Positions 1-7,398 of a stretch of 64,000 bases of DNA are shown piece after piece. The notes beneath the pieces were generated by a model that saw only the letters and a list, made by a program, of their open reading frames with translations, was not told where the DNA came from and did no database searches. Each line of letters starts with the position of its first letter. Position 1 is the first letter of the stretch. Made by a program: the position numbers and the translations under genes. Origin of the DNA: an uncultured Eubacteriales bacterium (lineage in GTDB: Bacteria > Bacillota > Clostridia > Oscillospirales > CAG-272); assembly GCA_934446065.1 (NCBI GenBank), contig CAKSDP010000006.1:11032-75031 (forward strand), written 5' to 3'.

Positions 1-1
1 C

Positions 2-1273
2 TTCAAGATCCCGCAGAGTGTTTCGATCATCGGAAAGGATACCTTCCGCAACTGCACGTCACTTGTGCGTGTGACAATTCCCGACGGTGTAGTAAAGATC
101 TGCGAATACGCATTTTCCGACTGCACAAGCCTTACAAGCGTAAGTCTTCCGGACAGCGTTGTTTCTGTCGGTCGCTATGCATTTTCGGATTGCAGCGGTA
201 TGGCAAGCGTAAAGCTTCCGCCTGATCTCACAAGCATCAGCGAATACCTCTTTGACGGCTGCTCCAGCCTTGCATCGGTTACGATCCCCGACGGTGTAAC
301 TACGATCGGAAACTACGCTTTCGACGGATGCAGCGCACTTTCAAGAGTGAGCGTTCCGGACAGCGTAATGAGCATCGGCGATGGGGCGTTCAGGGACTGC
401 TCAAGTCTGCGCAGCTTCACGGTTCCCGCAGACGTGACGAACATCAAGCCCTACACATTCTATAACTGCTCCGGACTCTCATCGGTCAAGCTTTCCGAAG
501 GTACAACTGCTATCGGAGAGAGAGCATTTCAGTTTTGCAGCGGGCTTTCCTCGATCGATCTGCCCGACGGGCTTACAAACATTGGAGATCAGGCGTTTGC
601 TTCCTGCACAGGACTCAGATCGGTATCGGTTCCCGACAGCGTTGCGAATATCGGTTCAGAAGCATTCCTCAACTGTACCGGAATGTCCTCGATAAAGCTG
701 CCCGCAGAGCTTTCAACACTTAAGAGATACGTATTAAGCTCATGCACGGGTCTCTCGTCTATCGAGATTCCTGATACGGTTACTACAATTGAGGAGGGTG
801 CTTTTGATGATTGTTCAGGACTTACCAAGGTTGAAATTCCGGAAAGCGTAACGAGTATCGGACAATATGCATTCTTAGGCTGTGACAATCTCACTGACAT
901 TCTTATACCGGACAGCGTTGTAAGCTTCGGCAGTGATGTGTTCAATGGAATTACCAAAACCGTAACCATTACCTGCAACGAGGAAAGCGCGGCATACAAA
1001 TACGCCGCAGATTACAACATCAAGGTGCTGACGATCTGCCCGCACGACACGACCGAAATAAGAGATGCCGTTGAGCCGACGACCGAGAGCGACGGCTACA
1101 CGGGAGATACATACTGCATCGCCTGCGGACGCAAGATCGCAGACGGAAAGGTGATACAGAAGTCCGAACCGTCACGCCTCGTAGGCGATGTGAACGGCGA
1201 CGGCATTGTAAACGCAGCTGATGCACAGCTGATAACGCGCCGTCTTGCCGGATGGGACGTGACCTTCAAATAA
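2..1273 (+). CDS. BspA-type leucine-rich-repeat surface protein, 5'-truncated by the window edge, with a C-terminal Cys-rich module and a single dockerin-like repeat
   Basis: The frame is open from nt 2 (FKIPQSVSIIGKDTFRNCTSL...), so the listed start at 65 is internal. About 15 repeats of ~23 aa follow the pattern IPDSVxxIGxxAFxxCxxLxSV. The tail is CPHDTTEIRDAVEP..GYTGDTYCIACG followed by GDVNGDGIVNAADAQLITRRLAGWDV and a stop. Confidence 0.85.
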   Translation, partial: FKIPQSVSIIGKDTFRNCTSLVRVTIPDGVVKICEYAFSDCTSLTSVSLPDSVVSVGRYAFSDCSGMASVKLPPDLTSISEYLFDGCSSLASVTIPDGVTTIGNYAFDGCSALSRVSVPDSVMSIGDGAFRDCSSLRSFTVPADVTNIKPYTFYNCSGLSSVKLSEGTTAIGERAFQFCSGLSSIDLPDGLTNIGDQAFASCTGLRSVSVPDSVANIGSEAFLNCTGMSSIKLPAELSTLKRYVLSSCTGLSSIEIPDTVTTIEEGAFDDCSGLTKVEIPESVTSIGQYAFLGCDNLTDILIPDSVVSFGSDVFNGITKTVTITCNEESAAYKYAADYNIKVLTICPHDTTEIRDAVEPTTESDGYTGDTYCIACGRKIADGKVIQKSEPSRLVGDVNGDGIVNAADAQLITRRLAGWDVTFK

Positions 1274-1280
1274 ACCACAC

Positions 1281-1320
1281 AAAAAAGACCGCCTGCGGCG
1301 GTCTTTTCTCTTTTATTTTT
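1281..1320. terminator. Bidirectional rho-independent terminator between convergent genes
   Basis: Stem GACCGCC-tgc-GGCGGTC (1287-1303), with an A6 run upstream and ttttctcttttattttt downstream. Confidence 0.85.
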
Positions 1321-1321
1321 A

Positions 1322-2494
1322 TCAGAACTCAGGCTCGAGGATGATGACTGCGGTGTCGTGGCGCGCGATCTTCTGCGAATACTCGCCGTTTCTTATGTGC
1401 GCAACGACCTCGCCTGTCCATGCGTCGGTTGCCTTCATCGGGACTTCCTTCGAGAGCGATACGTCCTCAAGAGTGAAGCCGAACGTTCCTGCGTCACCGG
1501 TGCGGTTGGTCACAGCCACAGCCCACTTGAAGTCGTTGAGCGGACGGACCCAGATGTCGTGGCCGCCGATATCGTGATATACACGGCGTGCGGGGACGCA
1601 GAGCGGATCCTGGTCGATCGCGATGATTCCGGGGTTCTTGAGGATATCAAGTCCCGCCTTGTCGATCTTGCGCAGGTCTGCGCCGATGAGCAGGGGAGCT
1701 GCAAGCATCGACCAGATCGCCATGACAGAGCGGTACTCCTCGGTCGTGCATCCGCCGCCCATCCAGTCGTTCTGCTCGCGCATACCGCAGACGATCATGT
1801 CGGGATCGTTGAAGCCGCCGCTGTGTCCGTAGGGCGAGATGTCGGCAACGAGAAAATCGATTATGTCGAGCACGCCGTAGCCGCGCTCGGGATCCTCAGC
1901 GTATCTCCAGTTGTCGCGGATATCCTTGCCGGTGCGCCAAAGCTGACCGACGGGGGATGCCCACAGCCACGGGGAAGTGGTTCCGTGCTCGCAGAGGTTG
2001 TAGACGATGTCGCGTCCGCATTCCTTTACGGCAAGACCCATCTTGATATACTCGGATACAGTATCACGCGGGGGATCCTCCTGGGTAGGATGGCGGTCGT
2101 ACTTGAGATAGTCGAATCCGCACTCGGCAACGTATCGCGCGTCCTCGAACTCGTGTCCGAGAGAGCCGGCGTCACCGTTCCAAGTCGTGAGTCCGCAGCC
2201 GAGATACGTTCCGGCTTTCAGCCCCTTCGCGTGTATGTAGTCGGTCAGGTATTTCATTCCGTGCGGGAAAATGTCGTCGCGGTGCATAAGACGACCCTCG
2301 GCGTCGCGCTCCTTCTTGAGCCAGCCGTCGTCGAGGTTTACGTAAACGTATCCGGCATCGGCAAGACCGAGATCAACGAGCAGGTCTGCCGCGCTGAGCA
2401 TGATCTCCTCGGTCGGATCGCAGTTTACGGTACAGTATGAGTTCCACCCCATAGGAGGCAGAGGGCATTTAACGCCCTTGATTTTTTTATCCAT
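1322..2494 (-). CDS. GH27 alpha-galactosidase (melibiase type), no signal peptide
   Basis: Motifs PPMGWNSY, VNLDDGW, the YLKYD nucleophile region and RTGKDIRDNW. I moved the start to ATG 2494 (MDKKIKG), which sits behind a GAAAGGAA RBS. The listed TTG at 2551 lies inside the predicted promoter. Confidence 0.85.
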   Translation of the reverse strand: MDKKIKGVKCPLPPMGWNSYCTVNCDPTEEIMLSAADLLVDLGLADAGYVYVNLDDGWLKKERDAEGRLMHRDDIFPHGMKYLTDYIHAKGLKAGTYLGCGLTTWNGDAGSLGHEFEDARYVAECGFDYLKYDRHPTQEDPPRDTVSEYIKMGLAVKECGRDIVYNLCEHGTTSPWLWASPVGQLWRTGKDIRDNWRYAEDPERGYGVLDIIDFLVADISPYGHSGGFNDPDMIVCGMREQNDWMGGGCTTEEYRSVMAIWSMLAAPLLIGADLRKIDKAGLDILKNPGIIAIDQDPLCVPARRVYHDIGGHDIWVRPLNDFKWAVAVTNRTGDAGTFGFTLEDVSLSKEVPMKATDAWTGEVVAHIRNGEYSQKIARHDTAVIILEPEF

Positions 2495-2527
2495 GTTGAG
2501 ATTCCTTTCACGAATTTGTGCAACAAC

Positions 2528-2556
2528 ATCATACCATACTTTTTGTGCCAATGCAA
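2528..2556 (-). promoter_or_regulatory. Sigma-A-type promoter for GH27 gene 1
   Basis: Minus strand reads TTGCAT (2556-2551), a 17-nt spacer, then TGgTATGAT (-10 at 2533-2528), about 35 nt upstream of ATG 2494. Confidence 0.7.
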
Positions 2557-2576
2557 GGTGAATACGCTGATTTTGA

Positions 2577-3515
2577 CTATATCATTGCAGGAAAAGTGTA
2601 AAGCACTTCGCGCAGTCCGGCATATATTTTGAAATAATCGGCGAGGGGCAGGGGATTTTGCCCTCGCCCGCATTCGAGCGTGAACGCCGGACGGGCGAAT
2701 TCGGCGGTGTACCAGTCGCTCAGACCGCCGTAAGCGGCAGTGCCCTCCGGTCGGCATAGCTCGTAGCCGCACATCTGTGATATTATCCTGCCGATCCTGA
2801 GCGTTTCCGCGCCGCCGGAGCCGCAGTATATCTCCTCGCCCTGCGTATGCAGTGTCAGAAGCGCCTTGGTTTTTCCGTCGTAGCGAAGAAGATTTGCAAG
2901 CGCTCCCGTTTCAGGCTCGGATTCCGGATATTCTCCGCTGAATTTTGTGGCGCAACCGCCGTCTATCCCCGCTTCCGCTTCGATCACCTTGTATTCCGCA
3001 AAGCCTGCGGCATAATTGTGATTGAGATCGACACCGCGTGCGTTTGCCTGCCACTTTTTGAAATTCTTTGAGCCGTTCATGCGAAGCAGGCGATCGCCCA
3101 TCGGGCAGTCGTCGGGAACTCCAGTTATCTGTATGTTGACTCCGTCGGGATTCAGCATCGGGATCACGGTGATGTGCCGCGTGCGCACAAGATAGCTCAT
3201 GTTCAGACCGTACATCTGCTTTGATGTTTCAAGATTTTCGCAGAATTCGTTTATGAATCGCAGAAGCAGCACCGATGTGATCCACTCCATCCCGTGATGA
3301 GCACCGACATACAGCACGCCGCTGTCAGTGGACGGATCACCGAGCGTTACCGCAGGTATCGCACGTCCGAGAATGCTCTCGCCGATGTACGCCACGGCAA
3401 TATTTTTATAGCGTTCCGAAAATACATTTATATATTCCATCATGAGTTCATACGTGAGCGGTGAGCGATAGTCGAGGATCGGGCGTTCCCACTCAATGGA
3501 TTGCGTTTTTTTCAT
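2577..3515 (-). CDS. M14-family zinc carboxypeptidase, gamma-D-glutamyl-diamino-acid endopeptidase-like (cell-wall peptide recycling)
   Basis: HxxE zinc motif in GAHHGMEWITS. Overall resemblance to Bacillus endopeptidase I / YqgT-type M14 proteins. AAGGA RBS before the ATG at 3515. Confidence 0.7.
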   Translation of the reverse strand: MKKTQSIEWERPILDYRSPLTYELMMEYINVFSERYKNIAVAYIGESILGRAIPAVTLGDPSTDSGVLYVGAHHGMEWITSVLLLRFINEFCENLETSKQMYGLNMSYLVRTRHITVIPMLNPDGVNIQITGVPDDCPMGDRLLRMNGSKNFKKWQANARGVDLNHNYAAGFAEYKVIEAEAGIDGGCATKFSGEYPESEPETGALANLLRYDGKTKALLTLHTQGEEIYCGSGGAETLRIGRIISQMCGYELCRPEGTAAYGGLSDWYTAEFARPAFTLECGRGQNPLPLADYFKIYAGLREVLYTFPAMI

Positions 3516-3656
3516 ACAGGTCGTCCTTTCGCTTCTGGTTTTGATAAATCTATATGTAAGCGCGCTGTCGGTTAGACATAAAATTTACAAATATATAAGG
3601 CAAAAGAGCGCAGTTTGTGCTATACTTGAGTCACAAATGTGATCGGAGCTATGATT

Positions 3657-4346
3657 ATGACAGAGAAAAAATTTGCGGGCAGGGTAATGCTCACGGGATT
3701 TTTGCTTACGCTTGCGCTGACGGTGCTCGCGCGCATCTGCGGGATCGTGTATTCGTATTTTGCAACTGATATCCTGTATTCCGAAAGCGCGTTCTTGCCC
3801 TATCTCCCCATAATTAAGAGCATACTTTCGTGCGCCGCATACGGCGCGGCTGTCGGAACGGTAGTTGCACTTACCGGTCGCAGACGCAGCGGCGCGATCG
3901 GGCTTTATGCCATTGTCCTTGTCGCCGATTCCGCAGCCGCATTTGTGTTTGATCTTCTCTCCGGCGTGCTTCGCGGGCGCGTTCTATTTGCCGTACTGTA
4001 CGCCGTCATGAAGGCGGCGATGCCGCTTCTCTGCATCCTTCTCGGACTGCTCATATCGCGAAAGCTTATCCGAGACGGAAGGATCCCGCGCGCGGCTGTT
4101 GTCGTGTCGCTCGTATATCCGGTGCTGAGCCTTGTCGAGCTTATGCGTGCGGTCATCTCATATCTGATCGAGGTCGATTTTATGCCGTATTCAAGCGAGA
4201 TCGTCTCGATCGTGATCGATCTTGCGGGAGTCGCGGGATCGTTTGCCATGTCGGCGGTAATTTCATATTTTCTGTGCCGGAGCTTCATCCGGAGAGGTCA
4301 AAACTCTCCCTCAGAGTCGGACGCGGATGTGCAAAGTGACATATAA
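3657..4346 (+). CDS. Hypothetical polytopic membrane protein
   Basis: Six or more hydrophobic helices and no motif I recognise. I prefer ATG 3657 because GGAG lies 8 nt upstream. The listed GTG at 3639 is possible. Confidence 0.5.
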   Translation: MTEKKFAGRVMLTGFLLTLALTVLARICGIVYSYFATDILYSESAFLPYLPIIKSILSCAAYGAAVGTVVALTGRRRSGAIGLYAIVLVADSAAAFVFDLLSGVLRGRVLFAVLYAVMKAAMPLLCILLGLLISRKLIRDGRIPRAAVVVSLVYPVLSLVELMRAVISYLIEVDFMPYSSEIVSIVIDLAGVAGSFAMSAVISYFLCRSFIRRGQNSPSESDADVQSDI

Positions 4347-4410
4347 CCGTCCCCCGTACCCCTCATCGGACAATAATTTGGAAAAAAATAAATAACTTTC
4401 ACAAAACCGC

Positions 4411-4439
4411 TTGTATATTTGCTCCATATGTTATAAAAT
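4411..4439 (+). promoter_or_regulatory. Sigma-A-type promoter for gap
   Basis: TTGTAT (4411-4416) followed by TGtTATAAAAT. The -10 is either TATAAA at 4432-4437 with an extended TG, or TAAAAT at 4434-4439 with a 17-nt spacer. Confidence 0.6.
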
Positions 4440-4504
4440 AATGTATGGCACAGGGAATGTGCCGAATCTATGTCCAAAATAATTTATATAAAGTGGAGGA
4501 AATT

Positions 4505-5536
4505 ATGTCAGTTAAAGTTGCGATTAACGGCTTTGGCCGTATCGGACGTCTTGCATTCCGTCAGATGTTCGGAGCAGAGGGTTATGAGGTAGTTGCTATC
4601 AACGATCTTACCGATCCCGCAATGCTCGCTCACCTTCTCAAGTATGATACCGCTCAGGGCGGCTACTGCGGAAAGATCGGTGAGAAGTCTCACACTGTTG
4701 AGGCAGGCGAGAACTACATCGTAGTTGACGGCAAGAAGATCACTATATACAGCGAGAAGAACGCAGCTGATCTGCCCTGGGGCGAGATCGGTGTTGACGT
4801 TGTTCTGGAGTGCACAGGTTTCTACTGCTCCAAGGACAAGTCTCAGGCACATATCGATGCAGGTGCTAAGAAGGTTGTTATTTCCGCTCCCGCAGGAAAC
4901 GACCTCAAGACCATCGTTTACAGCGTAAACGAGAAGACCCTGTCCGCAGACGACAAGATCATCTCCGCTGCATCCTGCACCACCAACTGCCTTGCTCCCA
5001 TGGCTGATACTCTTAACAAGTATGCTCCCATCCAGAGCGGTATCATGTCCACCATCCACGCTTACACCGGCGACCAGATGATCCTTGACGGTCCTCACCG
5101 TAAGGGCGACCTCCGCCGTGCTCGTGCAGGCGCTGCAAACATCGTTCCGAACTCCACCGGTGCTGCTAAGGCTATCGGTCTTGTTATCCCCGAGCTGAAC
5201 GGCAAGCTCATCGGCTCTGCTCAGAGAGTTCCCGTTCCGACCGGTTCTACCACCATTCTTACCGCTGTTGTTAAGGGTAAGGACGTAACCAAGGAAGGCA
5301 TCAACGCTGCTATGAAGGCTGCTGCTTCCGAGTCCTTCGGTTACAACGAGGAGCCTATCGTTTCCTCCGATGTTATCGGTATGCGTTACGGCTCTCTGTT
5401 CGATGCAACTCAGACCATGGTTGCAAAGATCGACGACGATACCTATCAGGTACAGGTAGTTTCTTGGTACGACAACGAGAACTCCTACACCAGCCAGATG
5501 GTTCGTACCATTAAGTATTTCGCAGAGCTTAACTAA
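4505..5536 (+). CDS. gap: Type I glyceraldehyde-3-phosphate dehydrogenase
   Basis: N-terminus [15 protein letters not shown], active-site SCTTNCLAP, and WYDNE near the C-terminus. GGAGG RBS lies 6 nt before ATG 4505. The listed start at 4445 is an upstream in-frame ATG with no RBS. Confidence 0.97.
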   Translation: MSVKVAINGFGRIGRLAFRQMFGAEGYEVVAINDLTDPAMLAHLLKYDTAQGGYCGKIGEKSHTVEAGENYIVVDGKKITIYSEKNAADLPWGEIGVDVVLECTGFYCSKDKSQAHIDAGAKKVVISAPAGNDLKTIVYSVNEKTLSADDKIISAASCTTNCLAPMADTLNKYAPIQSGIMSTIHAYTGDQMILDGPHRKGDLRRARAGAANIVPNSTGAAKAIGLVIPELNGKLIGSAQRVPVPTGSTTILTAVVKGKDVTKEGINAAMKAAASESFGYNEEPIVSSDVIGMRYGSLFDATQTMVAKIDDDTYQVQVVSWYDNENSYTSQMVRTIKYFAELN

Positions 5537-5552
5537 GTTCGATTTCGCAAGC

Positions 5553-5585
5553 GGGGAGGGGGAGGCTCAGCCTCCTCTCTTTGCT
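5553..5585 (+). terminator. Rho-independent terminator after gap
   Basis: Stem GAGGGGGAGGC-tca-GCCTCCTCTC followed by tttgct. Confidence 0.6.
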
Positions 5586-5653
5586 ATGCGGAGACATCAT
5601 CCGTTCTCCCGAAATTATGTCATTATATCCGCGTACGCGGGATGGAGATTTTT

Positions 5654-6391
5654 ATGGAAGCAAAACGTAATCTTAAGTATTTTACGCAGAAACTGCTGAC
5701 TCCGGTCAGCATCGTCGGTGCGGTGCTTCTCGTTATCGGTGTGATACTCACAGCGATCTTTGCAGGCTCCGACGTTAGGTGGGTTTCCTTCATCGGTATC
5801 GCCGTTGCAATTGTCGGTATTGTTCTTGTGTACACCGTGATCGGCGGCAGAACCTCGCCCTCCGACCTCGATTATCAGGTCTACGAGAGAGTAAAGTTCC
5901 TCGATGAGACTGCTCAGAAGCGCCTTGAGGTCTATGAATCTCACTTCAGCAAGGTCATAAATCCCGTGACGATCAAGGGATATGACTATAACACCACCGA
6001 AGGGCTCTACTTCAAGAAGGGCACTGACAACAAGAACCGTACCAACATCTATAACACCGCCGTGATCTACTTCACGAAGGATAAGATGCACATTTACGGC
6101 AAGCACTTCTCCCTTACCGACGACCTTTTCGATAAGGAGATCATGGGTCATTACAGATTTGTCGATGTCGACCGCGCGGAGATCATTGACAAGGAAGTTG
6201 CATTCCAGGAGGGCAAGTATACCCGCCGCATCATGACCCACACATTCAGAATCGTCAAGAACAACGGCGACGTCATTCTTAATATGAGCGTTGATTACGG
6301 CGCTGATATTGATAAGGCTGTTGAGGATATCAACAGAGTTATCTCCGTTGCAAAGGACGAGGCTGCCGCTAAGGCTGCTGCCGAGAACTGA
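5654..6391 (+). CDS. Hypothetical membrane-anchored protein (two TM helices plus a ~170-aa soluble C-terminal domain)
   Basis: The composition looks like a real protein, whereas the 309-aa antisense ORF is L/V/D-rich. A strong terminator follows. ATG 5654 has GGAG 6 nt upstream. ATG 5642 is an alternative. Confidence 0.55.
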   Translation: MEAKRNLKYFTQKLLTPVSIVGAVLLVIGVILTAIFAGSDVRWVSFIGIAVAIVGIVLVYTVIGGRTSPSDLDYQVYERVKFLDETAQKRLEVYESHFSKVINPVTIKGYDYNTTEGLYFKKGTDNKNRTNIYNTAVIYFTKDKMHIYGKHFSLTDDLFDKEIMGHYRFVDVDRAEIIDKEVAFQEGKYTRRIMTHTFRIVKNNGDVILNMSVDYGADIDKAVEDINRVISVAKDEAAAKAAAEN

Positions 6392-6420
6392 TTTCGGCAT
6401 TTGCAGTATACTTAATAATT

Positions 6421-6451
6421 GCCGTCCGAGGCTTTTTCGGACGGCTTTTTG
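6421..6451 (+). terminator. Rho-independent terminator
   Basis: Stem GCCGTCCGA, a 7-nt loop, TCGGACGGC, then TTTTTG. Confidence 0.85.
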
Positions 6452-6501
6452 TATACATCGGAGAATTTGCAAAATAGCGGCAGTGCTGCGCGTCATCCCT
6501 C

Positions 6502-6530
6502 TTGACAAAAGTCGAAAATCGCGATAAAGT
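6502..6530 (+). promoter_or_regulatory. Sigma-A-type promoter for the amidohydrolase gene
   Basis: TTGACA (6502-6507), a 17-nt spacer, then TAAAGT (6525-6530). The ORF-track start codon TTG at 6502 is this -35 box. Confidence 0.6.
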
Positions 6531-6564
6531 ATTGTCAGAAGCACAAGAAATGCAGGTATTTCAG

Positions 6565-7347
6565 ATGAAATTTATCGATTTCCATACGCACATCTACCCC
6601 GAGAAGGTCGCGCGCAAGGCAACGCTCAGCATTTGCGAGTTTTACGGTCTCGAAAGCGACCGCAGCGGAACAGCCGAAGAGCTTCTCAATCTCGGTTCCA
6701 GCGTCGGAATTACCGACTACGCGATCCTGCCGGTCGCAGTGAAGCCGGACGGCGTCGGGCATATCAATGATTTCATTGTCTCCGAGTGCGCAGCACATCC
6801 GGAGTTTCACGGCTTCGGCACAGTTCACGCCGGGATGGCAGGGCTTGTCGAGGAGGGCTGTCGCATCGCATCTCTCGGGCTTCACGGAATCAAGATGCAT
6901 CCCGACACACAGCGATTCGCAATTGATGATGAGCGCCTGTTTCCTCTGTACGATGCCGTCGGCGACAGACTGATATTTGTGTTCCACACCGGCGATAAGC
7001 GCTATGATTTTTCAAGTCCCGCAAGACTCAGACGCGTCCTTGATATGTTCCCGCATATGCGGGCGATCGCGGCACACCTCGGCGGATATTCGGTCTATGA
7101 TGAGGCGGAGGAGTGCCTCCGTGATACGAACGCCATCGTCGATGTCTCGTCGAGCCTGATGTTCATGCCGCCCGAGGCGGCGGTGAAGCATATCCGCGCA
7201 TACGGCACAGACCGCGTTCTTTTCGGCAGCGACTATCCGCTTTGGAATCCCGCACGGGAGGTCGAACGGTTCATGCAGCTCCCGCTGACCGACGATGAGC
7301 GTGAAAAAATCGCGCACGTGAACGCTGAAAAATTGCTCGGGATCTGA
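6565..7347 (+). CDS. Amidohydrolase-family (Amidohydrolase_2-like) metal-dependent hydrolase
   Basis: N-terminus MKFIDFHTHIYP, later HTGD and GSDYPLW, which are typical of this fold. The start is either 6565 or ATG 6550 and remains ambiguous. Confidence 0.75.
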   Translation: MKFIDFHTHIYPEKVARKATLSICEFYGLESDRSGTAEELLNLGSSVGITDYAILPVAVKPDGVGHINDFIVSECAAHPEFHGFGTVHAGMAGLVEEGCRIASLGLHGIKMHPDTQRFAIDDERLFPLYDAVGDRLIFVFHTGDKRYDFSSPARLRRVLDMFPHMRAIAAHLGGYSVYDEAEECLRDTNAIVDVSSSLMFMPPEAAVKHIRAYGTDRVLFGSDYPLWNPAREVERFMQLPLTDDEREKIAHVNAEKLLGI

Positions 7348-7398
7348 TAATACGGAAAAATCTGCACAAAATAAAATTATATATAGATTGGGGGAAGT

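Noticed and set aside
1358-2440. 360-aa plus-strand ORF; likewise 22037-22936 (-), 44204-45151 (+), 27627-28361 (+), 33316-33906 (-), 35192-35728 (-) and 7980-9461 (-)
   Set aside because: All lie antisense to genes with strong family signatures (GH27, sigF/spoIIAB, rsmI, M18, prfA, copA). These are typical long shadow frames of a GC-rich genome.
2425-2772. 115-aa minus-strand ORF spanning the GH27 / M14 intergenic region
   Set aside because: It overlaps the 3' end of the M14 gene out of frame and runs through the predicted GH27 promoter. It is Arg-rich and low-complexity.
5615-6544. 309-aa ORF on the minus strand
   Set aside because: It is antisense to the 5654-6391 gene. It reads through that gene's terminator and through the amidohydrolase promoter. 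The plus-strand product has sensible TM and soluble-domain composition.
7348-7398. CsoR/CopY operator upstream of copA, and the C-terminal HMA domain as a novelty
   Set aside because: I found no TACAnnTGTA or GC-rich CsoR-type inverted repeat. P1B ATPases with an extra C-terminal metal-binding domain are already known (for example archaeal CopA).
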